64,000 nt of DNA, taken from assembly GCA_011109175.1 (NCBI GenBank), contig RDEW01000033.1:496001-560000 (forward strand), written 5' to 3'. A program made the position numbers and the translations under genes. Source of the DNA: Dicyema japonicum. Taxonomy: Eukaryota; Animalia; Dicyemida. Below are positions 25,771 through 39,172 of this stretch, piece after piece (the stretch's first letter is position 1; the number at the start of each line of letters is the position of its first letter). Below the pieces are notes generated by a model. It did not search any database and was not told the DNA's origin. It worked only from the letters and a program-made list of their open reading frames with translations.

Positions 25771-26454
25771 CATATCCGGGTTATTAAAAAGTAGTACTCA
25801 AACCAAGTTAAAATTGTCAAATTGTCCAATAGTAATATAAGATTATCCGTGTAACTTCCAGATTAGTAAATATTTTTTCCCAGATAAACTGATATATCTC
25901 CAAAATGATGACTAATTATGGTTTTCTACCAGCACGTGGTTTCGCATTTATTACAGCTAATCAAAACCTCTTAGCAGTTGTAGTCAGTTACTGTAACCAT
26001 CAGCTAACAAGAACCCGGTTTATTACGAGCAAATTTCCAATATTTGTATAAATCAGTCAATTTTGAATGCTCGGAGATTTATTGTTGTTATTTGACGAAA
26101 TTGGCATTTCCGTACAAATCCCAGAGGAAATGGGCTCTCAGTCACCAGAGCAGATTACTGATAATTTCTAACATTCAACAAGTAAAGGTATACTTCTTAG
26201 ACTGCTTACGTGTCACGTGTAAGGACTTATCGACAGATTTATGAAAAAATCTAATTTTCGAAAAAAGTAAAATTGCAGTGTTTTTGTCCACAAATTTATA
26301 GGTCGGCCAGTGAAATTGATAATTTAAATTTGAAGCATTTTCAAAGTTGAAACTAAAAAACAGTGAAAGCCCTACACTTAGCCAAACAGAGCAATATTGG
26401 CGTTGCGGGAAAACAGATTTCAAATAAAAACGTAGGTAAACGCAAATTCTAGTA

Positions 26455-27562
26455 ATGAATAAACCACAGTTTGATCAACATGTAAGAGAATATGAGGAGT
26501 ATTCGGTCGAAAAAGTAGGTCAAATGTTGGAGAAAAAACTATACAGCCAACTGCGTGAATACATCAAAAGCCACAAATTCCATCACAGAGATCACCACGA
26601 ATTAATTCATTTGTGGAATGAATCGTTTTTCCAAGAGAAAAAGGACTTTGAGGAAAATATTCAGGACTGGGAAAAGTATCAAATAAAAAAGAAAAATATT
26701 CCACCAAAAACAATTTGGAATGGAGAGAAATACTACTACAATATGCCTGAATCCGTTCGGAAATATCTCCACAAATATTTTGAAACAAACGACACTCCGT
26801 CCACCGAAGAGAAGAAGAGAATCTGTCATGATACAGGACTTCCTAAAAAACAAATAGACAACTGGTTCAAAAATAACAAACAAAAAAAGAAGAACGGCCA
26901 AGATAAAAAGTATTCTCTGTCCTAACCCCAAGAAAAGGCCAACCAAACCTGAATAATGCCAGCCACAAAAAGAGAAAGGCAAAAAAAGAAATGAGAAATA
27001 AATTGATTGACGATCACACTGACCGAAAATATGAATCAAGGTAGTTTATTCCCTAATTAAGTTATTACATGTATAATACCCCCCATGGGGACAAATTATA
27101 TTATAATGAAAACAGAATCCCCCAAAATTACCAACATTGTGAGGAACACCCGAATTACCAGTGCAAACTTAACCTTGAGATAAAAAAACAGGATAAATTT
27201 GACAATTATAATATTTGGTAGTTAATACTAAGCAATGTAGGTATGGGGGAGAGTACTCCAGTAGGAATGATGAATTTTATGATTATGAATATTACTACAA
27301 TTATAATGAAAACATGGGAGATCAATTTGAATTATACGACGACGGGAGAATGGACAGAAACCTTTATTACGACCAATCGAAAAATAATTTTTATATGTAT
27401 TCGGATTTCCCATGCTGTGATCAGTCCTATTGCGGAGGTTATTATTCGGACAGTGCGAATTACATATTCGCCTCCACTGAGGGAGATCCGAATTATCACA
27501 AAATCAGGTTTTATCAGTCTTTACTTTCCAGCAACTCCTATAAAGATTTTGACCACTTCTAA
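26455..27562 (+). CDS. Divergent SIX-class homeodomain protein, 346 aa; introns 26910-26932, 27041-27061, 27218-27240
   Basis: Partial SIX domain (SHKF..H..L..LW), PPKTIWNGE, K50 homeodomain WFKNNKQ; three 21-23 nt introns join it in frame to a Tyr/Asn/Asp-rich tail. Confidence 0.8.
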
Positions 27563-28699
27563 TGATTTTAATTTTTAGAATTTTAATTTTTATTTTTATT
27601 GAAGGTCGGTCATTAATTGAAGGTTGTGTCATTAATTTATTAATAATTGTCATTATTACACAATGCTTTGATGTTTCAAGGAAATATGACAAAAAACATG
27701 TAATAAATGTTAAATTTATATAACAAAAAATAAAATTTCCAATCAGTCTAATTTTGTGATTAAATCCTCTAATAATAATTGTGCAAACGGTAGAGGTAGA
27801 GAAGAAGCCGGAGAACACTCTACAAACGAATTGGGGATGCATTAGATCAAAGTCCATGCTATTCCTTATGTGACAACATGGCATTGTATCCTATCTGAGG
27901 GAGTGGAAGTGGATAGAAATTTCCACGTTACATGCAACTAGCTGAGCTCAAGAGAACCCTTGAGTGTGTGTCCTAGACCCTTAGGTTTCGTGAGTTTTGT
28001 AGAATTTACATTGCAATAGAAACGTAGTAGAGTATTGGCCAAAATCTTTGCTAAGGGGAACCAAGGACACGTGAGAAGAAATAGTAACTAGTCTGAATAA
28101 TTCCCTATAATTTTTAATTGCACTTTTGTAGAGGATTAATGTTTTCATAGCTTAAATCTCAATTTAGACTGTGTTTGAATACATTAACTTTCATAAGGGA
28201 GAGGAACTTAAACGATCACGAACATTTAGGAGTCGTCCTCACTGATAATCCATCAACTTGGAAATATTAAATACTATCATTTCTGTAGGTTCATTAGCGT
28301 CTTACAAGAGAAAGGCTTTGTTTTGATCCTTTAGGATTGGTCAATGGGTGAGCCATATGACACCATCTACTGTTTGGGAATATATCATATCCACCATTCT
28401 TCAAAATATTGTAGAGGTCTACGCCTCTGCAAACTCTCTGATATAGAAACGGCGTAATTTATGGTTTACGGTAGGGACACTGAGGAAACACCTGAGATAC
28501 ATTGCTTCCACCTTAGTGTGTCGAAATCACATAATTAGTGAAATAGCCTCTTCTTTGTGTTCTCGACGTTAAATAAATAAATATCGCAGTATTTTAAAAA
28601 TCTTTAATTTTCTGAGCAAAATCAACTCCAACGTCCGAATGGGCTTTTTGCTTCAACCAATCTAATTGAATATTCATTTAATCACAGATCAGTACATAT

Positions 28700-29090
28700 G
28701 TTTAGGGGACAATCCACAATCACTCCTATTTTGTAGCCTACTGTCGTTTGTCAAATCGATTTTCACGGTTTTCATTCCACACAACCATCTTTCACAGCAC
28801 ACTCAATTTATGGTGGATGAATTTGATAACCACGAATCTTTAGATTATTGCCACCTCGATTGGTATAAACAAAGTTTTCTAAAGAACATCAAAGACATTC
28901 TGAATAAGATCCTCAACATGGAAATTCTACTTCAAATAAAGACTGACTACTCTCTTCTTTCTTTCCTTGTACGTTCTATTATCATGTCTCTTGCTTAGGA
29001 TCGGTTCTTTCTGGCTTTATTCGACTTACTAACCCGAATACACTACTGGTTTCATATGCTAACGACACTGTAATTGTTTTATTCATCTTG
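28700..29090 (+). mobile_element. Highly decayed LINE RT fragment
   Basis: Degenerate HGF..HST.H motif and YANDT. Confidence 0.45.
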
Positions 29091-29344
29091 ATGTTGTCAT
29101 CGATTTTTCAATTTTTAAAAAACACTTTGATACTATTCTCTTTCAAAAGAGCCTTAATCGCATCACTTATTTTACAGTCAAGTCATCTATTTTTAATAAG
29201 GTATATCCAGTTTTTTTGGTCAGAGTGGGACGTATCATTTCCAAGCATCTGCCATTGTTGAAACCCCTCCATTGGAGTTGGGGACTCCTGAGTTAGATGT
29301 TTCAACAAGGTTATATGCGAAACCATTCAGTCTAATTGACAGAA

Positions 29345-29727
29345 TTCCTCCCTCATAACCCTTCTCGTTGATCCCTTTTCTTTCTGGCAAGCATTCCTCC
29401 GAGTTCGCGCAAGAACTCAGCCGTCATTGCACCAACGGCTCCCAATGACTCGACCACAACAGTAGTAAATCGGTACCGGTCCCCGAGGCAAGAATATTTC
29501 TTGATTTTTAGGTTTTCCGCGGTCGAAGCAGCTGCTCCAGGTGTCTGAACCGATTTAAAAAGATTCGTGCTTGAAAATGTGTCAACACAGGTTACTTCCC
29601 AGACCAAAAATCTTCCGGATGTGAAAGGGTCATCTCGTCAGGTTTCTTTCCATCTCCTCGATCGGGACCCACTAGTTCAAGCTGTAATGGGAAACCTGTA
29701 GCCTTCAGAGCTCTGACGATCACATCG
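29345..29727 (-). mobile_element. CRE-like RLE fragment
   Basis: LVWEVTCVDT..AENLKIKKY..VESLGAVG. Confidence 0.75.
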
Positions 29728-30058
29728 TTTTATTTATTTATTAACCCCGAATACACTGAGAAGGAAGTTAAAGTAAACAACTAATTAAGTGTATCCAGTT
29801 TCCACTTCTACAGAAACAGAGTCCATCCGGAATCAACATAAAAGGTAAAAGACGTCCATATTTGCAGTTGTGGAAACCCATCCAGTGGAGTGGGGGAGAG
29901 GAAATGATCCTTTTTCGTGCCGGCCTGGCACTGGGCGCCACCTAGACAGGTGGATCACATGACGCCACTTTAATAGGAAAAGAAAGGAGGAACAGACGAA
30001 CAAAACAGAACTTAAACCAATTAGCCACGCAGCACCACATGACGCCACACGGCGGCTC
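29728..30058 (-). repeat. Full-length SINE copy
   Basis: About 330 bp, colinear with 32125-32454 along its whole length. Confidence 0.85.
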
Positions 30059-30798
30059 ACATATATAACTTGCACACCAAATATTAGTTAAAAATAACAT
30101 TTAGTGTGTTATAAAATAAAATTCGATATTAAAAATTAGAGATATCCATAATTTCTTTTTATTTGAGGGTCCCCAGAAAAAAATTTTGAGAAACGCTGAG
30201 ATAGTCTAAGAAGGAAGCCGTCGCCCGATAATGCTGATATCTCCAAAATTCATGCCGATTAGCATATAAAATACAAAAGCTTATAACGGTGGGGGAAGCT
30301 ATCCAAATTCCTCATTGGAAAACCTTGAGTAAAAAGGTCTTTGACGAGGTTAAATCGACGAGAAATCTACCACCGAACACACAATAAAGTCTATGTCGAA
30401 CCGAATTCTTTAATGAAATAAGGATCTGTTCAACTCTGTAAAAGGCGTAAATCTTCTCATGTAACGAAATGAATTTTTTCCAAAGACGATGCAGAGAGTG
30501 CCAACCTCCAGGAGCACAAACATAGTCCACAGTAGGTACAAAAATTTGTCGATAAATTTGCTTATTCAGTCTTTTACTAGTTATAAGCTTTTACTAGAAA
30601 TGATACAGTCAACTTTTTATGTCCTTTCATTAGAATGATCGGCACGCTTTGTGAAGGTCATCAGTGTCCTACAAGTCACGCCAATGATTTTAAGATTCTT
30701 TGAAGCGACTATAAGAGCATACCCACCTAAATTAATAAAAATACAAATTGAAAACATTATTTAATTAAAAATAAATTAATTAAAAAATATCCTTGTGG

Positions 30799-32057
30799 AT
30801 GTTCTGCTTTTATCACAACAGAATTAAAGATACTACCAAGCAAACATTCGATGCCTACAGAACAACTCAAAATAAAGCCTCTCAAAATATTTTGAAGTAA
30901 TCCTAAGCCTATATTATTAGTAATTTACGAATAACTCGAAAACGTCTGTTAGAACTGGTATTATCACAAAACGGGACTTAAATTTACTTAATGAAATATT
31001 TAATGATTATTTCTTGTATATATACGGATTTATATTATCACCAGAAGACAAAAAATCCCCAAGCATTTGTATGTCTCTGTTTAGCTTCAAATGGTCCAAT
31101 TCCCTGGACGAAAAGTCCCATACGTAATTATTCATTTGATTGTAAAAGATCCCTTGATTCCTGTGCTTTCGAATTCACCCACATGGCTGTAAATTGTGGT
31201 ATTTGGTGCCTAAATGCTGCTGAAACCCTTCTTAAGCCCATAGAAAGTCACGTGTACTAACTTTATTTACCCTATAGTCAAGGTCACGAAGAAACCATTA
31301 AAAGTGGATTTAAACTTCTACGAAGATCTGCTGGGTTGTTTATGTTAGCGAAGGATATAAGCGGATTTGTGACCTCCCAATCTGCCACGTGTGACTCCCA
31401 GTCTAACATTATTGACATGTACTACTATCAGGCTCTTGCATATGCTCAGGAAAGTACTTATGTGTTGATGATCAGTTGTGGTTGAACGAGCTGTGAGACT
31501 CAAACACGATCCCGGCCTCATTGCCAGACTTTGTCATCTCACAAGCCAACACTACGACAAATGCGGTTACCCACGTGGTTATTTCAGTCAAATTTATCAC
31601 CTCCGTTTTGAGTGCAAAGGAGAGGTTGATGATTTTTTTCTGTTGGAAGAAAGAGTTGTACTCTGCTTTGGCATACTCCTACTACACCTTAGAATTGTTA
31701 AAATTGGAGAAATCGGGGGAGGCCAAATGTGCCAATTCTTTGGCGGAGCAAAGTAGAAAAGCACTTCATTTTTCAGGATTCAATTCTGCTGTAAGGATTG
31801 CCGGAATAAACAGTTGGAAGATGTTTACTAGCCGATTTAATGTCATTATCCAACGGCATATTGAGAGGTGTAATATGGAGAGTCATATGCTGTAGTTGTT
31901 GACTTTACTGATTAGTTACTCACGGATTGGAAAACTGGAACAGATCGCTGAACCGGGATCTCCTGAATCTGGAATTGTAGTGGCTGAACAAGTTGATCAT
32001 CCTAATATTTCTGATGTCTGGACAAGTAGCGCTTATAGGGGATTTCCTACTCCTTAA
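30799..32057 (+). CDS. BROX: BRO1-domain protein BROX; introns 30897-30920, 31124-31148, 31254-31277, 31454-31475, 31566-31587, 31753-31776, 31892-31915; one -1 indel near 30975
   Basis: RKRLLEL, FKWSNSL, FEFTHMAVN, QALAYAQEIVVERAVRLKHDPGLIA, EKSGEA, VWTSSAYRGF align with recalled BROX. Confidence 0.85.
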
Positions 32058-32124
32058 TTTATTATATTTTAAAATATATTATTAATCTCACATTTATGCT
32101 GATTTTACTGGCGAAAAGGGGTTA

Positions 32125-32454
32125 TTGTTTATTTATTAACCCCGGATACACCGAGAAAGAAGTTTAAAGTAAACAACTAATTAAGTGTAACCAGTTTCCA
32201 CTTTCACAGAAATAGAGTTCATCCGGAATCAACATAATAGGAAAAAGACGTCCATACTTGCAGTTGTGGAAACCCCTCCAGTGGAGTGGGGGAGATCAAA
32301 TGATCCTTTTTAGTGCCGGTCTGCCACTGGGCGCCATCTAGACGGGTGGATCACTTGACGCCACTCTAATAGGAAGAGAGAGGAGGAACAAACGAACAAA
32401 CAGAAACTTCAACCAATTACCCACGAAGCACCACATGGCGCCACGCGGCTCGGA
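32125..32454 (-). repeat. Full-length SINE copy with 14-bp TSD
   Basis: gcgaaaaggggtta at 32111-32124 and 32455-32468; (TAAA)n tail. Confidence 0.9.
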
Positions 32455-32479
32455 GCGAAAAGGGGTTAATTAACGATTG

Positions 32480-34060
32480 ATTAAGGTATACTCAACTTCC
32501 GTGGTTGGAATCGGACACATTCTTTCTAAAGATCACGTTCATACATATTGGCAATTATTAGAACCACTTTATTTGAGTAGGAAGGAGGTAGATCTTTTTT
32601 GGACGTTAGAGCCGAAATTCAGATCTATCCAAGAGGGAAAGAAGCGTGATATGACTCTTCTGAAATCTCTATCTAAAGTTGCTTCCAAATCGTCTATTGG
32701 CGGGGAAGGGCTGCTCGTTTCTATTATGTGGAGCCTGGAATTCTCTTCAATGTCCTCGCGTGAATACGAAGAGCCAATCAGTAACCACTACCATCCTGCA
32801 GCGTTCCAGTAGAGCCCTCATCAGCGCATCCAGAGGAAATTGTCTGGGACGCCTAGGTTGACTTTAGAAAGAGTTATTGTCTAAGTTAAGTGATCCTGGT
32901 GTCCATACCAGGCTTTCTCCTGCGGTTAGTTTTGAAGTCCTTGTTTAATCTCCACAAAGGGGAAGGTTTCTTCTCGTATCTCGGGCAAGCGTTCAGACGT
33001 AGTTTGACTTCCGCAATGTTCGGGAGACTTTGCCATTTTGAGGAAGTCTTGGTGGCGATCAGTAAAATATTTTATGCCATGATATTATTCTCCGTAGTTT
33101 TTATGTGAATATTTTTTTCGAAGATTGTAACAATATTCTGAGACATCGATTTTGTAACACTTCCAGTTTGCTCTGTGCTGGTAGCGGGGCAATCCATACA
33201 CACATACGTACTCGATATTCGAAATAACAAATTGTTTGTGTAGAAGCTCCAACGATGGAAGGAGGATTCTCCGGAATGTGTAAAACCTAGTGAATTCCAA
33301 TTTTCTTTTGGATTTTGAGGCTACCAAATCTATTTGGAATGAAAGGAGGTATCCAGAGTGACTCCCAAGATTGAAAGGGTCTTCTTAATAGAGATCGGAT
33401 AATTAATTTTACTGCTGGCGTTGTTTGTACCTCTTTTCGTGATGAAGTAAAGTTCGTTACGTGTAACTTCCTGGTGATACTTTTAGGCGGTTCTCAAGAA
33501 CCAAAGACCCACCAGGTTTATGTCTTTTGTGGCCTCCTAGACTCTTCGATGTTTCGTTGTACTGTGTTTTGGTATCATCCACATACGATTAAGGAATTGT
33601 GTTTTGGTAATTGGGAAGGGGAGTTCACCGAGAAACATATTAAATACCGTTGGTGACAATGGCGATCCTTGTGGTACTCCATTTGGAGGTATCGTGGTTT
33701 TGATTTTTGGTTGTTTGCCACCGCTTGGTCATTCGACTGTTAATAAAGTTAGCTAACCATGGCTTGAATTTAGTGTGGATCGACTTTTTTTGCGGAAAGG
33801 TTTTTCCGGGATACTGAATCCAAAGCCTTCTCTATATCCACTGAGATCGTTACGGTTTTCTCGAGTGGATTAGAGTATTCAGGCAGTCGAAAGTGAATTG
33901 TACCAGTTTTGTTAAGTGGGTTGTTAAGTCTCCTTCGCGGAACCGTGTAGGAAAGATAGGAGTGAGATGAAAGGACGGACCTCGAGAGGAAGGTCTTTGA
34001 ATGTGGTTCATGACTGATAGTCACGTAGTACTTTAATATGAGATTGGGATTTGGACCTGA
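32480..34060 (-). mobile_element. Decayed LINE fragments (EN end and RT)
   Basis: YRPISYT, DIEKALD, GVPQGSP, LHKQFVISNIEY. Confidence 0.65.
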
Positions 34061-34489
34061 CTCTCCTGTGAAATTAATTGTGGCAAGTACCTGTGAGCTT
34101 CATCATCGATTTCCATAACACGTGGAAGAAAGTATTATTAGTCTTTCTCGACACGGCTTTTCAACGTTCTTTTTTGTGTTTTGTGCTGTTTCGCATGATT
34201 TCTTTATTAGTTTTGATATCCTTTCATTGACTCCGTTGACAATGATGATTGGGTTGTGGTCGGTATGTGTCATATACAAAATGACAACCGAGAGAAGTAG
34301 CAGCAAAAGAAATGTCGGGTGAAGTGGGGGAGTCGTCCCGACGACATGGGGTCCTTGCATTATGATGAGATCCTGTCCAAGATTTTTCTCGACATATCTG
34401 CAGAAAAGGAGCACGACACCATTTCAAGTGAGAAATGCGAATAAAATTGTTCCAAAGGCCAAGAGTAAACCTAAACAAGCTAATTACTT

Positions 34490-34715
34490 ACCAACGCGGT
34501 CCATCAGGACCTTCACCGAAGAAAGTTGTCCAGGGCGTTGAGGTCGATTCCATAACTCTTCACCAGGAAACAAAATTGTCTCCTGATGGAATGAACAGTT
34601 AAGTCCTTTTGAATTGGGCGTCTCTGAGTAGATCCAATGACGCCATCCGAGGGAAGGAAGAGAAATTTTAAGCCAATTAGCCACATAACACCACATGGTG
34701 TCACGTGTTTTCACA
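34490..34715 (-). repeat. SINE-related element: shared head and tail motif, different body
   Basis: caccatgtggtgttatgtggctaattgg head, ggcgtcattggatc, taattagcttgttt tail. Confidence 0.55.
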
Positions 34716-34799
34716 TTATTTTTATTTATTTTAAAAACTCCAGACCACCAAGGATGAAAGTTTGCAAATTATTTTTTTAGTATTGAACTAAAGAAGCCA

Positions 34800-35525
34800 A
34801 GTTTTATTTTATTTTTTTTATTTAACCCAAGACCACGGTAAAACAAACTAATTATCACGTGATCCCGATTCATTCCAACAGAGACCTCATATTTGCTCGG
34901 AGTTCTTCCTTCTTGCCCGCGCATGAATGGTTGCCTGAATTTTCAGGGCCACCTTCCCGTGATCTGGAGTCTAGTCTCATAAGGGCTTCCAGAGGCGCAG
35001 GTCCGGTTCGGTGATCTTCACAAATCCAACGCTCCGTTACTCTGTAAGCCCTCTTTTGCATTTCTTCAATTTTCCTCATACTTGTCCAAGATATGGACGG
35101 TCTCCACGAGGCGCATGCATATGAGAAACATGGCTTGATGTACTGTTTGTACACGTTCATCAAGACTGGGTGAGTACTACTCTTCCATATTCCCGATAAA
35201 CTTTTCAATATGTTCAGTTTCTTCTTGCATTTCAATAGAATGTTTTCTACGTGTGGTGTCAAACAGAGATGCATATCAATTGTCACACCCAAGATCCTTT
35301 GACATCTGTTGAAAGGGATGCCGACCTTGTTTAACTTCAAGGTGACTGTCTTCCTTCCCAATCTTTTTGTCAGAGGTAAATAGTGACGTAGACGACTTCT
35401 CTGCTTTCAACACGAGCCGGTTTTCTATTATCCAGGCATTAAGCCTGTCAAGGTTAATTTGTATTCTTTCTGAGGCCTTCTGGATGTCCTGATCTCGCGA
35501 AGCCAACACAATATCATCAGCCTAG
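34800..35525 (-). mobile_element. 5'-truncated I/Jockey-group-like LINE with 3' tail
   Basis: RILGVTID..LKSLSG..VYKQYIKPCFSYA; tail taattagtttgttttaccgtggtcttgggttaaataaa. Confidence 0.8.
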
Positions 35526-35559
35526 GATAATAGAAGATCATTATCGAAGGTCATACAGC

Positions 35560-36630
35560 GTTCTTCCTTTTGAAGAATAACATCGGCTTGCCCAAACTCC
35601 TATATGCTCTCCTATGTTCTCTTCAAACATCGTGACATCCTCCTGTCACTGATAGGACATTGAGAAAATCAGCTGAATTGCTTCTAAACATCACTTTGAT
35701 GCGAGTTGGAAATGCAAGCTTCCTAGACGGCTCGGAAAAACGGGTCTCAGGTCGGCGCTAGAGATCGCCTTTCCAGCATACGTGTCATCTCTCTCAAGTA
35801 GAAGCCTTTTGGTCTAAGATTTCCTACGTTTCCAACCGGACTTTCTTGGGAAAGAGTCTTCGACGAAGCTCGTCACGAATGGTGTGAAACTGGTTTGGAT
35901 ATGCCGAACGATCCTTCGAGGCAACGTGACTGGGATGATATCTACTCCAAGAATATATTCGACGTGCTAAAGTCTGAGGCCAAACAGCATCGTCTTGCAT
36001 GTCCCGTGTCCGCCGCCAACCATGGGAGCGGAGCGTGGCTGAATGCACTCCCGTGTTTCTCCCTGGGGACCCGTTTCGACGATGACTGTATTCGGATTGG
36101 ATCGGCACAACACCTGGGAGTTGATGTTTGCGTCGAACACCAATGTCGTTGTGGAAAGATCGTCGATGCCAAAGGGCTGCACCCGCTCTCGTGCAAAAGA
36201 AGTGCGGGCAGAGCACCCCGCCATGCTGCTATGAACAACATTGTCATGCGAGCTCTTGAAGCGGAGGCTTCCCGGCAGTACTGGAGCCTGTGGGATTGGA
36301 CCGCGAGATGGGAAAAGACCGGATGGGTTAACTATCTTTCCTTCACTGAGGGAAAATTGCTCTTATGGGACTGCACTGTTATGGATTCTTTCTCGAACTC
36401 GATGATACTCAGCTCGGCGCAGTCAGCTGGATCGGCAGCCGATCTGACCGAAAATCAAGATTAAAAAATATGGCGAAATTGGAGATCGATTTCGTTTTGT
36501 ACCGGTAGCAATCGAGACGTCTGGTGCAGCCGGAAGTATTACAGCTTCTTTCCTAAAGGAAATCGGGAGGAAATTGGCCCACCGCAAGAAAGACGTGCGG
36601 GAAGCGGTCTGGCTGAGGCAACGAATTGGT
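35560..36630 (+). mobile_element. Decayed CRE-like retrotransposon
   Basis: SGAWLNALP..LGTRFDD, CRCGKIVDAKGLHPLSC..RH, LLWDCTV, IETSG. Confidence 0.85.
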
Positions 36631-36715
36631 ATAGTTAATAAATAATATTTTATTGTTAATAAATTTTTAATTCTAAAAAAAAAATTTACTCGTTATAAAA
36701 AAATATTGGTTATTG

Positions 36716-37635
36716 ATGAAAAAGTAATAATTGTAATTTAAAATATAGAGGTGTCGATTTGTCATATAGAATATTTAAATCTGTGGGGGATATTCCGAAA
36801 TATAAATACCCAGTCTATATCCTCCATGGATTTCAAAGTAGCAAGTCGCGTTGGTACCCTGTTGCAGAAGAATTGTCAAATCGAGGAATAGAAGTATCAA
36901 AGGGTATAATCCTAAGACAGTTGCCGTTGAAGCCAGAAATCACGGAGACAGTCCATATTCTGACGATCATACCCACCAAAGCATGGTTAAGGACGTTGAG
37001 CAACTCCGTCTTAAACTTGGACATGACAAAATAAGCATATTAGGACACAGTATGGGGGGTGTTAGTGGAATGTTCTATGCATTGGAATATGTTGTCTCCC
37101 TATTTACTTTAGGGATGTCGTTTGGCTGATCTGATTGTCGTCGACATCACACTTTTCCCAAAAGTTGTGGGTAGTGGGCACTTTGAGACAGTATCAAGAA
37201 TAAAGATTCCCCAAGACCCCTCAATGACTCATTCTGAGGTGGTTGAACACATTTTGAAGACGACTGACTCTCTTATTAGCGTATACTGTCAAATAAGCCA
37301 TAGACTGATTCCCTACGGTCTTTTTTGGAGGCCAAGATCGTCTTTAAAGACGGAAAATATCAGTTCACATTCAACGAAATGCTCACTAAACAGAGACATA
37401 AGATAGAATCCATTCCGGAAGGAGTCTACGACAATCAGGTTCTCTTTATCGGTGGTGGTGAGTCAGAATACATAACGTAGTGTGATATTTAATGACTAGA
37501 ATGGATGGTCTTGATAAGACTAAACGGTACTTCCCGAATCAGAAAGTTGTGGTCATCGATAAATGTGGTCATTTGGTATTTCAGGATGACTTTGACTCTT
37601 TCATTAAAACCGTCACCCAATTCTTGTTAGAATAA
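36716..37635 (+). CDS. ABHD11: ABHD11-like alpha/beta hydrolase; introns 36724-36748, 36894-36916, 37091-37112, 37281-37303, 37477-37499
   Basis: ILHG, EARNHGDSP, GHSMGG nucleophile elbow, LIVVDI, LFIGGGESEYI, GHLV; spliced frame is intact. Confidence 0.8.
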
Positions 37636-38056
37636 CTTTGGGATTCTAATAATTGCTTTATTTTTTGAATAACCACGGATATGCTTGACAGAGGTTTTAT
37701 CAAGTTCCTCCTGTTGGAGTGGGCTGACAGAGGTTCTAGCTAGCTATATCCAGTTCCCCTCAGCCAGGCCTGTAGGACTCCCATGTAGGAATTATCCTGG
37801 TGGTTATGACGTGGCAAGGAATTGTCTCAAAATGTTTCAAGGATTAGATGGAGCTATCCAATGAGGGCATACATCCAGTCAGTTGTTCTTAAGAAATCTC
37901 GCCAAGGTTCGATTATCGAACATAGGTCCGGGGGATGAATCCATCTCTACCTCCAACTAACTTATGGAGTTGACATGTCATTATAATGAGGACAATATAT
38001 TGGATTTGGGTAGGAGAGATAATTGATTTTTGTGGGAGATAGGTTTTTAGCTAAGA

Positions 38057-38930
38057 CTAACTATAGATTCCTTTTTCTATTAGGGGAGCGCTCAGTGCAT
38101 GGTTGTACGAAAAAATATCATTTGCTCTCTCCCACTCTACTGGAGGTTCCCACAACTGCAGGGAATAAACGTCTAATAATAATTGATATTGTTTGATATT
38201 ATTCAGACCACAAAAATGTCTAAAATGTAGAAATATGGGTTGGTTCATCAATATTGAATAAACACGATACAATGGTCTCTATGGCTGAAGGTATTGTATA
38301 AATCGGATCTAACAGTCGTGGGTACGAATCCGAAGACTTTTCAGCGAATGTATATTCTCGTCGAACTGATCCCACCTGTGAGGCGATGAGTGCTTTTGGC
38401 ACGACGCAGTAGTTGAAAGGGATCTTCCCACCTTTCTCAATTCCACTAGTGAAGATTACGAAAACTATTTCCTACACGTCCCGTAATTGGATGATCAACT
38501 CTCCAATCGTTTCTATTATTCTCTATTTAAGGCCAGACTCATCTGATCACCAAGATCTTTGCCTGCGTCTAATCACCATTAAGAATTTCAGTAACCGTGA
38601 GTAAATTCACAGGGAATTTTTCCCATGATAAAGCATAGTAGTCCTCATGATGACCGTGTTGGTGTGTTTGGGCCCATTCATAAATTGTGAGTAAACAAAT
38701 TCCAGCATGGCTCAGTGACTAACATACCTATAGGTACTATAATGCATCATTCATATGGCTTTTCCTTCTTCATCCATATTGTCCACTTCATAAGATGAAA
38801 CGAAATTATCTTTTGTGTAATGAATCTAGCACCATTCATTTCTACCTTTAAGATTTCCCACGTGCCAGAATTATTGGAAATACTTGGCTTGACAAAATGG
38901 TTCTACACTCCGATATGAAAAGAGAAGCGA
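38057..38930 (-). CDS. Possible gene with an AMP-binding-like motif (AASDH-like?); exons unresolved
   Basis: IVFVIFTSG..K..VVPKALI..YTIPSAIETIV resembles adenylate-forming enzymes; ATG follows an AT-rich tract. Weak. Confidence 0.22.
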
Positions 38931-39172
38931 ACATGGTGTAAAATTAAATTAAAATTATTACAAAAAGCACTGTTAAACCGAAAAAACCAAAATTAATTCC
39001 CGACGAATAAAATCATTGCTCTCATCTTTCTCGGTGTTGATCCCTTGAGCCTACACAAGTTTAAATCAGATAATTCTTACATATTATTATAATATTTATA
39101 CAAAAATTTAACATTATAATAAATTAATTATTTTTAAATAAATTCATCAGTCCCACGTGTTGATATTTTGTT

